Origin: Eledone cirrhosa
Taxonomy: Eukaryota
Reading direction: 5' to 3'
Length of the DNA stretch: 64,000 nucleotides
Assembly: GCA_964016885.1 (NCBI GenBank)
Contig: OZ024742.1
Coordinates: 226,486,001-226,550,000, forward strand
Positions 24,250 through 37,130 of the stretch are shown in pieces. The notes below the pieces were generated by a model. The model did no database searches and was not told the origin of the DNA. It saw only the letters and a list, made by a program, of their open reading frames with translations. The first letter of the stretch is position 1. Each line of letters begins with the position of its first letter. The translations under genes were made by a program, and so were the position numbers.

Positions 24250-27200
24250 GGTGTTAGTACTGTTACAGTAGGTGGTGTTACTGCTGTAGTTGGTGGAGGT
24301 GTTAGTACTGTTACAGTAGGTGGTGTTACTGTTGTATTGGTGGTGGTGTTAGTACTGTTGCAGTAGGTGGTGTTACTGCTCTAGTTGGTGGTGGTGTTAC
24401 TAATGTTACAGTAGGTGGTGTTACTGCTGTAGTTGGGGGTGGTGTTAGTACTGTTACAGTAGGGTGTGTTACTGCTGTAGTTGGTGGAGGTGTTAGTACT
24501 GTTACAGTAGGTGGTGTTACTGCTGTAGTTGGTGGTGGTGTTAGTACTGTTACAGTAGGTGGTGTTACTGCTGTAGTTCGTGGTGGTGTTAGTACTGTTA
24601 CAGTAGGTGGTGTTACTGCTGTAGTTGGTGGAGGTGTTAGTACTGTTACAGTAGGTGGTGTTACTTCTGTAGTTGGTGGTGGTGTGAGTACTGTTATAGT
24701 AGGTGGTGTTACTGCTGTGGTTGGTGGTGGTGTTAGTACTGTTACAGTAGGTGGTGTTACTGCTGTAGTTGGTGGTGGTGTTAGTACTGTTACAGTAGTT
24801 GGTGTTACTGCTGTAGTTGGTGGAGGTGTTAGTACTGTTACAGTAGGTGGTGTTACTGCTGTAGTTGGTGGTGATTTTAGTACTGTTACAGTAGGTGGTG
24901 TTACTGCTGTAGTTGGTGGTGGTGTTAGTACTGTTACAGTAGTTGGTGTTACTGCTGTAGTTGGTGGTTGTGTTAGTACTGTGACAGAAGGTGGTGTTAC
25001 TGCTGTAGTTGGTGGTGGTGTTTCTACTGTTATAGTAGGTGGTGTTACTGCTGTAGTTGGTGGTGGTGTTAGTACTGTTACAGTAGTTGGTGTTACTGCT
25101 GTAGTTGGTGGTGGTTTTCCTACTGTTACAGTAGGTGGTGTTACTGCTGTAGTTGGTGGTGGTGTTAGTACTGTTACAGTAGGTGGTGTTACTGCTGTAG
25201 TTGCTGGTGGTGTTAGTACTGTTACAGTAGGTGGTGTTACTGCTGGAGTTGGTAGTGGTGTTAATACTGTTACAGTAGGTGGTGTTACTGCTGTAGTTGG
25301 TGCTGGTGTTAGTACTGTTACAGTAGTTGGTGTTACTGCTGTAGTTGGTGATGGTGTTAGTACTGTGACAGTAGGTGGTGTTACTGCTGTAGTTGGTGGT
25401 GGTGTTAGTACTGTTACAGTAGGTGGTGTTACTGCTGTAGTTGGTGGTGGTGTTAGTACTGTTACAGTAGGTGGTGTTACGGCTGTAGTTGGTGGAGGTG
25501 TTAGTACTGTTACAGTAGGTAGTGTTACTGCTGTAGTTGGTGGTGGTGTTAATACTGTTACAGTAGGTGGTGTTACTGCTGTAGTTGGGGGGTGGTGTTA
25601 GTACTGTTACAGTAGGTGGTGTTACTGCTGTAGTTGGTGGTGATTTTAGTACTGTTACAGTAGGTGGTGTTACTGCTGTAGTTGGTGGTGGTGATAGTAC
25701 TGTTACAGTAGTTGGTGTTACTGCTGTAGTTGGTGGTTGTGTTAGTACTGTGACAGTAGGTGGTGTTACTGCTGTAGTTGGTGGTGGTGTTACTACTGTT
25801 ACAGTAGGTGGTGTTACTGCTGTAGTTGGTGGTGGTGTTAGTACTGTTACAGTAGTTGGTGTTAGTGCTGTAGTTGGTGGTGGTTTTCCTACTGTTGCAG
25901 TAGGTGGTGTTACTGCTCTAGTTGGTGGTGGTGTTAGTAGTGTTACAGTAGGTAGTGTTACAGCTGTAGTTGGTGGTGGTGTTAGTACTGTTACAGTAGG
26001 TGGTGTTACTGCTGTAGTTGCTGGTGGTGTTAGTACTGTTACAGTAGGTGGTGTTAGTGCTGGAGTTGGTAGTGGTGTTAATACTGTTACAGTAGGTGGT
26101 GTTACTGCTGTAGTTGGTGCTGGTGTTAGTACTGTTACAGTAGTTGGTGTTACTGCTGTAGTTGGTGATGGTGTTAGTACTGTGACAGCAGGTGGTGTTA
26201 CTGCTGTAGTTGGTGGTGGTGTTAGTACTGTTACAGTAGGTGGTGTTACTGCTGAAGTTGGTAGTGGTGTTAGTACTGTTACAGTAGTTGGTGTTACTGC
26301 TGTAGTTGGTGGTGGTGTTAGTACTGTTACAGTAGTTGGTGTTACTGCTGTAGTTGGTGGTGGTGTTAGTACTGTTACAGTAGGTGGTGTTACTGCTGTA
26401 GTTGGTAGTGGTGTTAGTACTGTTACAGTAGGTTGTGTTACTGCTGGAGTTGGTAGTGGTGTTAGTACTGTTACAGTAGGTGGTGTTACTGCTGTAGTTG
26501 GTAGTGGTGTTAGTACTGTTACAGTAGTTGGTGTTACTGCTGTAGTTGGTGGTGGTGTTAGTACTGTTACAGTAGGTGGTGTTACTGCTGTAGTTGGTAG
26601 TGCTGTTAGTACTGTTACAGTAGTTGGTGTTACTGCTGTAGTTGGTGGTGGTGTTAGTACTGTTACAGTAGGTGGTGTTACTGCTGTAGTTGGTAGTGGT
26701 GTTAGTACTGTTACAGTAGGTGGTGTTACTGCCGTAGTTGGTGGTGGTGTTAGTACTGTTACAGAAGGTGGTGTTACTGCTGTAGTTGGTCGTGGTGTTA
26801 GTACTGTTACAGTAGGTGGTCTTACTGCTGTAGTTGGTGGTGGTGTTAGTAGTGTTACAGTAGGTGGTGTTACTGCTTTAGTTGGTAGTGGTGTTAGTAC
26901 TGTTACAGTAGGTGGTGTTACTGCTGTAGTTGGTGGTGGTGTTATTACTGTTACAGTAGTTGGTGTTACTGCTGTAGTTGGTGGTGGTGTTAGTACTGTG
27001 ACAGTATGTGGTGTTACTGCTGTAGTTGGTGGTGGTGTTAGTACTGTTACAGTAGGTGGTGTTACTGCTGTAGTTGGTAGTGGTGTTAGTACTGTTACAG
27101 TAGGTGGTGTTACTGCTGTAGTTGGTAGTGGTGTTAGTACTGTTACAGTAGGTTGTGTTACTGCTGGAGTTGGTAGTGGTGTTAGTACTGTTACAGTAGG

Positions 27201-30200
27201 TGGTGTTACTGCCGTAGTTGGTGGTTGTGTTAGTACTGTTACAGTAGGTGGTGTTACTGCTGTAGTTGGTAGAGGTGTTAGTACTGTTACAGTAGGTTGT
27301 GTTACTGCTGTAGTTGGTAGTGGTGTTAGTACTGTTACAGTAGTTGGTGTTACTGCTGTAGTTGGTGGTGGTGTTAGTACTGTGACAGTAGGTGGTGTTA
27401 CTGCTGTAGTTGGTGGTGGTGTTAGTACTGTTACAGTAGGTGGTGTTACTGCTGGAGTTGATAGTGGTGTTAGCACTGTTACAGTAGGTGGTGTTACTGC
27501 TGTAGTTGGTGGTGGTGTTGGTACTGTTACAGTAGGTAGTGTTACTGCTGTAGTTGGTGGTGGTGTTAGTACTGTTACAGTAGGTGGTGTTAATGCCGTA
27601 GTTGGTGGTGGTGTTAGTACTGTTACAGTAGGTGGTGTTACTGCTGTAGTTGGTGGTGGTGTTAGTACTGTTACAGTAGGTGGTGTTACTGCTGTAGTTG
27701 GTGGAGGTGTTAGTACTGTTACAGTAGGGGGTGTTACTGCTGTAGTTGGTGGTCGTGTTAGTACTGTTACACTAAGTGGTGTTACTGCCGTAGTTGGTGG
27801 AGGTGTTAGTACTGTTACAGTAGGTGGTGTTACTGCTGTAGTTGGTGGTGGTGTTAGTACTGTTACAGTAGGTGGTGTTACTGCTGTAGTTGGTGGTGGT
27901 GTTAGTACTGTTACAGTAGGTGGTGTTACTGCTATAGTTGTTGGAGGTGTTAGTACTGTTACAGTAGGTGGTGTTACTGCTGTAGTTGGTGGTGGTTTTA
28001 GTACTGTTACAGTAGGTGGTGTTACTGCTGTAGTCGGTGGTGGTGTTAGTACTGTTACAGTAGGTGGTGTTACTGCTGTAGTTGGTGGAGGTGTTAGTAC
28101 TGTTACAGTAGGTGGTGTTACTGTTGTATTGGTGGTGGTGTTAGTACTGTTGCAGTAGGTGGTGTTACTGCTCTAGTTGGTGGTGGTGTTACTAATGTTA
28201 CAGTAGGTGGTGTTACTGCTGTAGTTGGGGGTGGTGTTAGTACTGTTACAGTAGGGTGTGTTACTGCTGTAGTTGGTGGAGGTGTTAGTACTGTTACAGT
28301 AGGTGGTGTTACTGCTGTAGTTGGTGGTGGTGTTAGTACTGTTACAGTAGGTGGTGTTACTGCTGTAGTTCGTGGTGGTGTTAGTACTGTTACAGTAGGT
28401 GGTGTTACTGCTGTAGTTGGTGGAGGTGTTAGTACTGTTACAGTAGGTGGTGTTACTTCTGTAGTTGGTGGTGGTGTGAGTACTGTTATAGTAGGTGGTG
28501 TTACTGCTGTGGTTGGTGGTGGTGTTAGTACTGTTACAGTAGGTGGTGTTACTGCTGTAGTTGGTGGTGGTGTTAGTACTGTTACAGTAGTTGGTGTTAC
28601 TGCTGTAGTTGGTGGAGGTGTTAGTACTGTTACAGTAGGTGGTGTTACTGCTGTAGTTGGTGGTGATTTTAGTACTGTTACAGTAGGTGGTGTTACTGCT
28701 GTAGTTGGTGGTGGTGTTAGTACTGTTACAGTAGTTGGTGTTACTGCTGTAGTTGGTGGTTGTGTTAGTACTGTGACAGAAGGTGGTGTTACTGCTGTAG
28801 TTGGTGGTGGTGTTTCTACTGTTATAGTAGGTGGTGTTACTGCTGTAGTTGGTGGTGGTGTTAGTACTGTTACAGTAGTTGGTGTTACTGCTGTAGTTGG
28901 TGGTGGTTTTCCTACTGTTACAGTAGGTGGTGTTACTGCTGTAGTTGGTGGTGGTGTTAGTACTGTTACAGTAGGTGGTGTTACTGCTGTAGTTGCTGGT
29001 GGTGTTAGTACTGTTACAGTAGGTGGTGTTACTGCTGGAGTTGGTAGTGGTGTTAATACTGTTACAGTAGGTGGTGTTACTGCTGTAGTTGGTGCTGGTG
29101 TTAGTACTGTTACAGTAGTTGGTGTTACTGCTGTAGTTGGTGATGGTGTTAGTACTGTGACAGTAGGTGGTGTTACTGCTGTAGTTGGTGGTGGTGTTAG
29201 TACTGTTACAGTAGGTGGTGTTACTGCTGTAGTTGGTGGTGGTGTTAGTACTGTTACAGTAGGTGGTGTTACGGCTGTAGTTGGTGGAGGTGTTAGTACT
29301 GTTACAGTAGGTAGTGTTACTGCTGTAGTTGGTGGTGGTGTTAATACTGTTACAGTAGGTGGTGTTACTGCTGTAGTTGGGGGGTGGTGTTAGTACTGTT
29401 ACAGTAGGTGGTGTTACTGCTGTAGTTGGTGGTGATTTTAGTACTGTTACAGTAGGTGGTGTTACTGCTGTAGTTGGTGGTGGTGATAGTACTGTTACAG
29501 TAGTTGGTGTTACTGCTGTAGTTGGTGGTTGTGTTAGTACTGTGACAGTAGGTGGTGTTACTGCTGTAGTTGGTGGTGGTGTTACTACTGTTACAGTAGG
29601 TGGTGTTACTGCTGTAGTTGGTGGTGGTGTTAGTACTGTTACAGTAGTTGGTGTTAGTGCTGTAGTTGGTGGTGGTTTTCCTACTGTTGCAGTAGGTGGT
29701 GTTACTGCTCTAGTTGGTGGTGGTGTTAGTAGTGTTACAGTAGGTAGTGTTACAGCTGTAGTTGGTGGTGGTGTTAGTACTGTTACAGTAGGTGGTGTTA
29801 CTGCTGTAGTTGCTGGTGGTGTTAGTACTGTTACAGTAGGTGGTGTTAGTGCTGGAGTTGGTAGTGGTGTTAATACTGTTACAGTAGGTGGTGTTACTGC
29901 TGTAGTTGGTGCTGGTGTTAGTACTGTTACAGTAGTTGGTGTTACTGCTGTAGTTGGTGATGGTGTTAGTACTGTGACAGCAGGTGGTGTTACTGCTGTA
30001 GTTGGTGGTGGTGTTAGTACTGTTACAGTAGGTGGTGTTACTGCTGAAGTTGGTAGTGGTGTTAGTACTGTTACAGTAGTTGGTGTTACTGCTGTAGTTG
30101 GTGGTGGTGTTAGTACTGTTACAGTAGTTGGTGTTACTGCTGTAGTTGGTGGTGGTGTTAGTACTGTTACAGTAGGTGGTGTTACTGCTGTAGTTGGTAG

Positions 30201-31890
30201 TGGTGTTAGTACTGTTACAGTAGGTTGTGTTACTGCTGGAGTTGGTAGTGGTGTTAGTACTGTTACAGTAGGTGGTGTTACTGCTGTAGTTGGTAGTGGT
30301 GTTAGTACTGTTACAGTAGTTGGTGTTACTGCTGTAGTTGGTGGTGGTGTTAGTACTGTTACAGTAGGTGGTGTTACTGCTGTAGTTGGTAGTGCTGTTA
30401 GTACTGTTACAGTAGTTGGTGTTACTGCTGTAGTTGGTGGTGGTGTTAGTACTGTTACAGTAGGTGGTGTTACTGCTGTAGTTGGTAGTGGTGTTAGTAC
30501 TGTTACAGTAGGTGGTGTTACTGCCGTAGTTGGTGGTGGTGTTAGTACTGTTACAGAAGGTGGTGTTACTGCTGTAGTTGGTCGTGGTGTTAGTACTGTT
30601 ACAGTAGGTGGTCTTACTGCTGTAGTTGGTGGTGGTGTTAGTAGTGTTACAGTAGGTGGTGTTACTGCTTTAGTTGGTAGTGGTGTTAGTACTGTTACAG
30701 TAGGTGGTGTTACTGCTGTAGTTGGTGGTGGTGTTATTACTGTTACAGTAGTTGGTGTTACTGCTGTAGTTGGTGGTGGTGTTAGTACTGTGACAGTATG
30801 TGGTGTTACTGCTGTAGTTGGTGGTGGTGTTAGTACTGTTACAGTAGGTGGTGTTACTGCTGTAGTTGGTAGTGGTGTTAGTACTGTTACAGTAGGTGGT
30901 GTTACTGCTGTAGTTGGTAGTGGTGTTAGTACTGTTACAGTAGGTTGTGTTACTGCTGGAGTTGGTAGTGGTGTTAGTACTGTTACAGTAGGTGGTGTTA
31001 CTGCCGTAGTTGGTGGTTGTGTTAGTACTGTTACAGTAGGTGGTGTTACTGCTGTAGTTGGTAGAGGTGTTAGTACTGTTACAGTAGGTTGTGTTACTGC
31101 TGTAGTTGGTAGTGGTGTTAGTACTGTTACAGTAGTTGGTGTTACTGCTGTAGTTGGTGGTGGTGTTAGTACTGTGACAGTAGGTGGTGTTACTGCTGTA
31201 GTTGGTGGTGGTGTTAGTACTGTTACAGTAGGTGGTGTTACTGCTGGAGTTGATAGTGGTGTTAGCACTGTTACAGTAGGTGGTGTTACTGCTGTAGTTG
31301 GTGGTGGTGTTGGTACTGTTACAGTAGGTAGTGTTACTGCTGTAGTTGGTGGTGGTGTTAGTACTGTTACAGTAGGTGGTGTTAATGCCGTAGTTGGTGG
31401 TGGTGTTAGTACTGTTACAGTAGGTGGTGTTACTGCTGTAGTTGGTGGTGGTGTTAGTACTGTTACAGTAGGTGGTGTTACTGCTGTAGTTGGTGGAGGT
31501 GTTAGTACTGTTACAGTAGGGGGTGTTACTGCTGTAGTTGGTGGTCGTGTTAGTACTGTTACACTAAGTGGTGTTACTGCCGTAGTTGGTGGAGGTGTTA
31601 GTACTGTTACAGTAGGTGGTGTTACTGCTGTAGTTGGTGGTGGTGTTAGTACTGTTACAGTAGGTGGTGTTACTGCTGTAGTTGGTGGTGGTGTTAGTAC
31701 TGTTACAGTAGGTGGTGTTACTGCTATAGTTGTTGGAGGTGTTAGTACTGTTACAGTAGGTGGTGTTACTGCTGTAGTTGGTGGTGGTTTTAGTACTGTT
31801 ACAGTAGGTGGTGTTACTGCTGTAGTCGGTGGTGGTGTTAGTACTGTTACAGTAGGTGGTGTTACTGCTGTAGTTGGTGGAGGTGTTAGT
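24250..31890 (+). repeat. Higher-order duplication, 3792-bp period (79 monomers, 2 copies)
   Basis: ORF pairs 24381/28173, 24684/28476 and 25585/29377 are all offset by 3792 = 79x48, with translations identical over the shared span. Each unit has a -1 indel (about 24336/28128) and a +1 indel (about 25588/29380). Confidence 0.95.
28173..31268 (-). other. Repeat-derived open frame with mucin-like Pro/Thr/Val composition, shifting into an Asn/Thr/Ser frame; representative of all minus-strand ORFs; not supported as a real CDS
   Basis: Translation is (PPPTTAVTPPTVTVLT)n then (TTTNYSSNTTYCNSTN)n. The start is a GTG created by one repeat variant (AGCACT on the + strand). There is no signal peptide or non-repeat domain. 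Confidence refers to it being protein-coding. Confidence 0.08.
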
Positions 31891-34800
31891 ACTGTTACAA
31901 TAGGTGGTGTTACTGTTGTAGTTGGTGGTGGTGTTAGTACTGTTACAGTAGGTGGTGTTACTGCTGTAGTTGGTGGTGTTGTTAGTACTGTTACAGTAGG
32001 TGGTGTTACTGCTGTAGTTGGTGGTGGTGTTAGTACTGTTACAGTATTTGGTGTTACTGCTGTAGTTGTTGGAGGTTTTAGTACTGTTAGAGTAGGTGGT
32101 GTTACTGCTGTAGTTGGTGGTGGTGTTAGTACTTTTACAGTAGCTGGTGATACTGCTGTAGTTGGTGGAGGTGTTAGTACTGTTACAGTAGGTGGTGTTA
32201 CTGCTGTAGTTGGTGGTGGTGTTAGTACTGTTACAGAGTTGGTGTTACTGTTGTAGTTGGTGGTGGTGTTAGTACTGCTACAGTAGGTGGTGTTACTGCT
32301 GGAGTTGGTAGTGGTGTTAGTACTGTTATAGTAGGTGGTGTTACTGCTGTAGTTGGTGGTGGTGTTAGTACTGTTACAGTAGTTGGTGTTACTGCTGTAG
32401 TTGGTGGTGGTGTTAGTACTGTGACAGCAGGTGGTGTTACTGCTGTAGTTGGTGGTGGTGTTAGTACTGTTACAGTAGGCGGTGTTACTGCTGTAGTTGG
32501 TGGTGGTGTTAGCACTGTTACAGTAGTTGGTGTTACTGCTGTAGTTGGTGGTGGTGTTACTACTGTTACAGTAGTTGGTGTTACTGCTGTAGTTGGTGGT
32601 GGTGTTAGTACTGTTACAGTAGTTGGTGTTACTGCTGTAGTTGGTGGTGGTTTTCCTACTGTTACAGTAGGTGATGTTACTGCTGTAGTTGGTGGTGGTG
32701 TTAGTACTGTTACAGTAGGTGGTGTTACTGCTGTAGTTGCTGGTGGTGTTAGTACTGATACAGTAGGTGGTGTTACTCCTGGAGTTGGTAGTGGTGTTAA
32801 TACTGTTACAGTAGGTGGTGTTACTGCTGTAGTTGGTGCTGGTGTTAGTACTGTGACAGTAGGTGGTGTTACTGCTGTAGTTGGTGGTGGTGTTAGTACT
32901 GTTACATTAGGTGGTGTTACTGCTGGAGTTGGTAGTGGTGTTGGTACTGTTACAGTAGTTGGTGTTACTGCTGTAGTTGGTGGTGGTGTTAGTACTGTTA
33001 CAGTAGTTGGTGTTACTGCTGTAGTTGGTGGTGGTGTTAGTACTGTTACAGTAGGTGGTGTTACTGCTGTAGTTGGTAGTGGTGTTAGTACTGTTACAGT
33101 AGTTGGTGTTACTGCTGTAGTTGGTGGAGGTGTTAGTACTGTTAAAGTAGGTGCTGTTACTGCTGTAGTTGGTGGTGGTCTTAGTACTGTTACAGTAGCT
33201 GGTGATACTGCTGTAGTTGGTGGAGGTGTTAGTACTGTTACAGTAGGTGGTGTTACTGCTGTAGTTGGTGGTGGTGTTAGTACTGTTACAGTAGTTGGTG
33301 TTACTGCTGTAGTTGGTGGTGGTGTTAGTACTGTTACAGTAGGTGGTGTTACTGCTGGAGTTGGTAGTGGTGTTAGTACTGTTATAGTAGGTGGTGTTAC
33401 TGCTGTAGTTGGTGGTGGTGTTAGTACTGTTACAGCAGGTGGTGTTACTGCTGTAGTTGGTGGTGGTGTTAGTACTGTTACAGTAGGTGGTGTTACTGCT
33501 GGAGTTGGTAGTGGTGTTAGTACTGTTACAGTAGTTGGTGTTACTGCTGTAGTTGGTGGTGGTGTTAGTACTGTTACAGTAGTTGGTGTTATTACGGTAG
33601 TTGTTGGAGGTTTTAGTACTGTTACAGTAGGTGGTGTTACTGCTGTAGTTGGTAGTGGTGTTAGTACTGTTACAGTAGCTGGTGATACTGCTGTAGTTGG
33701 TGGAGGTGTTAGTACTGTTACAGTAGGTGGTGTTACTGCTGTAGTTGGTAGTGGTGTTAGTACTGTTACAGTAGCTGGTGATACTGCTGTAGTTGGTGGA
33801 GGTGTTAGTACTGTTACAGTAGGTGGTGTTACTGCTGTAGTTGGTGGTGGTGTTAGTACTGTTACAGTAGGTGGTGTTACTGCTGTAGTTGCTGGTGGTG
33901 TTAGTACTGATACAGTAGGTGGTGTTACTCCTGGAGTTGGTAGTGGTGTTAATACTGTTACAGTAGGTGGTGTTACTGCTGTAGTTGGTGCTGGTGTTAG
34001 TACTGTTACAGTAGGTGGTGTTACTGCTGGAGTTGGTAGTGGTGTTAGTACTGTTATAGTAGGTGGTGTTACTGCTGTAGTTGGTTGTGGTGTTAGTACT
34101 GTTACAGTAGTTGGTGTTACTGCTGTAGTTGGTGGTGGTGTTAGTACTGTGACAGCAGGTGGTGTTACTGCTGTAGTTGGTGGTGGTGTTAGTACTGTTA
34201 CAGTAGGTGGTGTTACTGCTGTAGTTGGTGGTGGTGTTAGTACTGTTAAAGTAGTTGGTGTTACTGCTGTAGTTGGTGGTTGTGTTACTACTGTTACAGT
34301 AGGTGGTGTTACTGCTGTAGTTGGTGGTGGTGTTAGTACTGTTACAGTAGTTGGTGTTACTGCTGTAGTTGGTGGTGGTGTTAGTACTGTTACAGTAGGT
34401 GGTGTTACTGCTGGAGTTGGTAGTGGTGTTAGTACTGTTATAGTAGGTGGTGTTACTGCTGTAGTTGGTAGTGGTGTTAGTACTGTTACAGTAGGTTGTG
34501 TTACTGCTGGAGTTGGTAGTGGTGTTAGTACTGTTACAGTAGGTGGTGTTACTGCCGTAGTTGGTGGTTGTGTTAGTACTGTTACAGTAGGTGGTGTTAC
34601 TGCTGTAGTTGGTGGTGTTGTTAGTACTGTTACAGTAGGTGGTGTTACTGCTGTAGTTGGTAGTGGTGTTAGTACTGTTACAGTAGTTGGTGTTACTGCT
34701 GTAGTTGGTGGTGGTGTTAGTACTGTGACAGTAGGTGGTGTTACTGCTGTAGTTGGTGGTGGTGTTAGTACTGTTACAGTAGGTGGTGTTACTGCTGGAG

Positions 34801-37130
34801 TTGATAGTGGTGTTAGCACTGTTACAGTAGGTGGTGTTACTGCTGTAGTTGGTGGTGGTGTTGGTACTGTTACAGTAGGTAGTGTTACTGCTGTAGTTGG
34901 TGGTGGTGTTAGTACTGTTACAGTAGGTGGTGTTAATGCCGTAGTTGGTGGTGGTGTTAGTACTGTTACAGTAGGTGGTGTTACTGCTGTAGTTGGTGGT
35001 GGTGTTAGTACTGTTACAGTAGGTGGTGTTACTGCTGTAGTTGGTGGAGGTGTTAGTACTGTTACAGTAGGGGGTGTTACTGCTGTAGTTGGTGGTCGTG
35101 TTAGTACTGTTACACTAAGTGGTGTTACTGCCGTAGTTGGTGGAGGTGTTAGTACTGTTACAGTAGGTGGTGTTACTGCTGTAGTTGGTGGTGGTGTTAG
35201 TACTGTTACAGTAGGTGGTGTTACTGCTGTAGTTGGTGGTGGTGTTAGTACTGTTACAGTAGGTGGTGTTACTGCTGTAGTTGTTGGAGGTGTTAGTACT
35301 GTTACAGTAGGTGGTGTTACTGCTGTAGTTGGTGGTGGTTTTAGTACTGTTACAGTAGGTGGTGTTACTGCTGTAGTCGGTGGTGGTGTTAGTACTGTTA
35401 CAGTAGGTGGTGTTACTGCTGTAGTTGGTGGAGGTGTTAGTACTGTTACAATAGGTGGTGTTACTGTTGTAGTTGGTGGTGGTGTTAGTACTGTTACAGT
35501 AGGTGGTGTTACTGCTGTAGTTGGTGGTGTTGTTAGTACTGTTACAGTAGGTGGTGTTACTGCTGTAGTTGGGGGTGGTGTTAGTACTGTTACAGTATTT
35601 GGTGTTACTGCTGTAGTTGTTGGAGGTTTTAGTACTGTTAGAGTAGGTGGTGTTACTGCTGTAGTTGGTGGTGGTGTTAGTACTTTTACAGTAGCTAGTG
35701 ATACTGCTGTAGTTGGTGGAGGTGTTAGTACTGTTACAGTAGGTGGTGTTACTGCTGTAGTTGGTGGTGGTGTTAGTACTGTTACAGAGTTGGTGTTACT
35801 GTTGTAGTTGGTGGTGGTGTTAGTACTGCTACAGTAGGTGGTGTTACTGCTGGAGTTGGTAGTGGTGTTAGTACTGTTATAGTAAGTGGTGTTACTGCTG
35901 TAGTTGGTGGTGGTGTTAGTACTGTTACAGTAGTTGGTGTTACTGCTGTAGTTGGTGGTGGTGTTAGTACTGTGACAGCAGGTGGTGTTACTGCTGTAGT
36001 TGGTGGTGGTGTTAGTACTGTTACAGTAGGTGGTGTTACTGCTGTAGTTGGTGGTGGTGTTAGCACTGTTACAGTAGTTGGTGTTACTGCTGTAGTTGGT
36101 GGTGGTGTTACTACTGTTACAGTAGTTGGTGTTACTGCTGTAGTTGGTGGTGGTGTTAGTACTGTTACAGTAGTTGGTGTTACTGCTGTAGTTGGTGGTG
36201 GTTTTCCTACTGTTACAGTAGGTGATGTTACTGCTGTAGTTGGTGGTGGTGTTAGTACTGTTACAGTAGGTGGTGTTACTGCTGTAGTTGCTGGTGGTGT
36301 TAGTACTGATACAGTAGGTGGTGTTACTCCTGGAGTTGGTAGTGGTGTTAATACTGTTACAGTAGGTGGTGTTACTGCTGTAGTTGGTGCTGGTGTTAGT
36401 ACTGTGACAGTAGGTGGTGTTACTGCTGTAGTTGGTGGTGGTGTTAGTACTGTTACAGTAGGTGGTGTTACTGCTGGAGTTGGTAGTGGTGTTAGTACTG
36501 TTACAGTAGTTGGTGTTACTGCTGTAGTTGGTGGTGGTGTTAGTACTGTTACAGTAGTTGGTGTTACTGCTGTAGTTGGTGGTGGTGTTAGTACTGTTAC
36601 AGTAGGTGGTGTTACTGCTGTAGTTGGTAGTGGTGTTAGTACTGTTACAGTAGTTGGTGTTACTGCTGTAGTTGGTGGAGGTGTTAGTACTGTTACAGTA
36701 GGTGCTGTTACTGCTGTAGTTGGTGGTGGTCTTAGTACTGTTACAGTAGCTGGTGATACTGCTGTAGTTGGTGGAGGTGTTAGTACTGTTACAGTAGGTG
36801 GTGTTACTGCTGTAGTTGGTGGTGGTGTTAGTACTGTTACAGTAGTTGGTGTTACTGCTGTAGTTGGTGGTGGTGTTAGTACTGTTACAGTAGGTGGTGT
36901 TACTGCTGGAGTTGGTAGTGGTGTTAGTACTGTTATAGTAGGTGGTGTTACTGCTGTAGTTGGTGGTGGTGTTAGTACTGTTACAGCAGGTGGTGTTACT
37001 GCTGTAGTTGGTGGTGGTGTTAGTACTGTTACAGTAGGTGGTGTTACTGCTGGAGTTGGTAGTGGTGTTAGTACTGTTACAGTAGTTGGTGTTACTGCTG
37101 TAGTTGGTGGTGGTGTTAGTACTGTTACAG
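30900..37130 (+). repeat. Higher-order duplication, 3551-bp period (about 1.75 copies)
   Basis: ORF coordinates 31268/34819, 32231/35782 and 32421/35972 are offset by 3551 = 74x48 - 1. The deletion variant GTTACAGAGTT lies at about 32237 and 35788. Confidence 0.92.

Noticed and set aside
24250-31890. 3792-bp duplication as an assembly artefact
   Set aside because: Not adopted, because neighbouring duplications show small copy-specific differences consistent with real recent events. This pair looks identical by eye, so only spanning reads can exclude an artefact.
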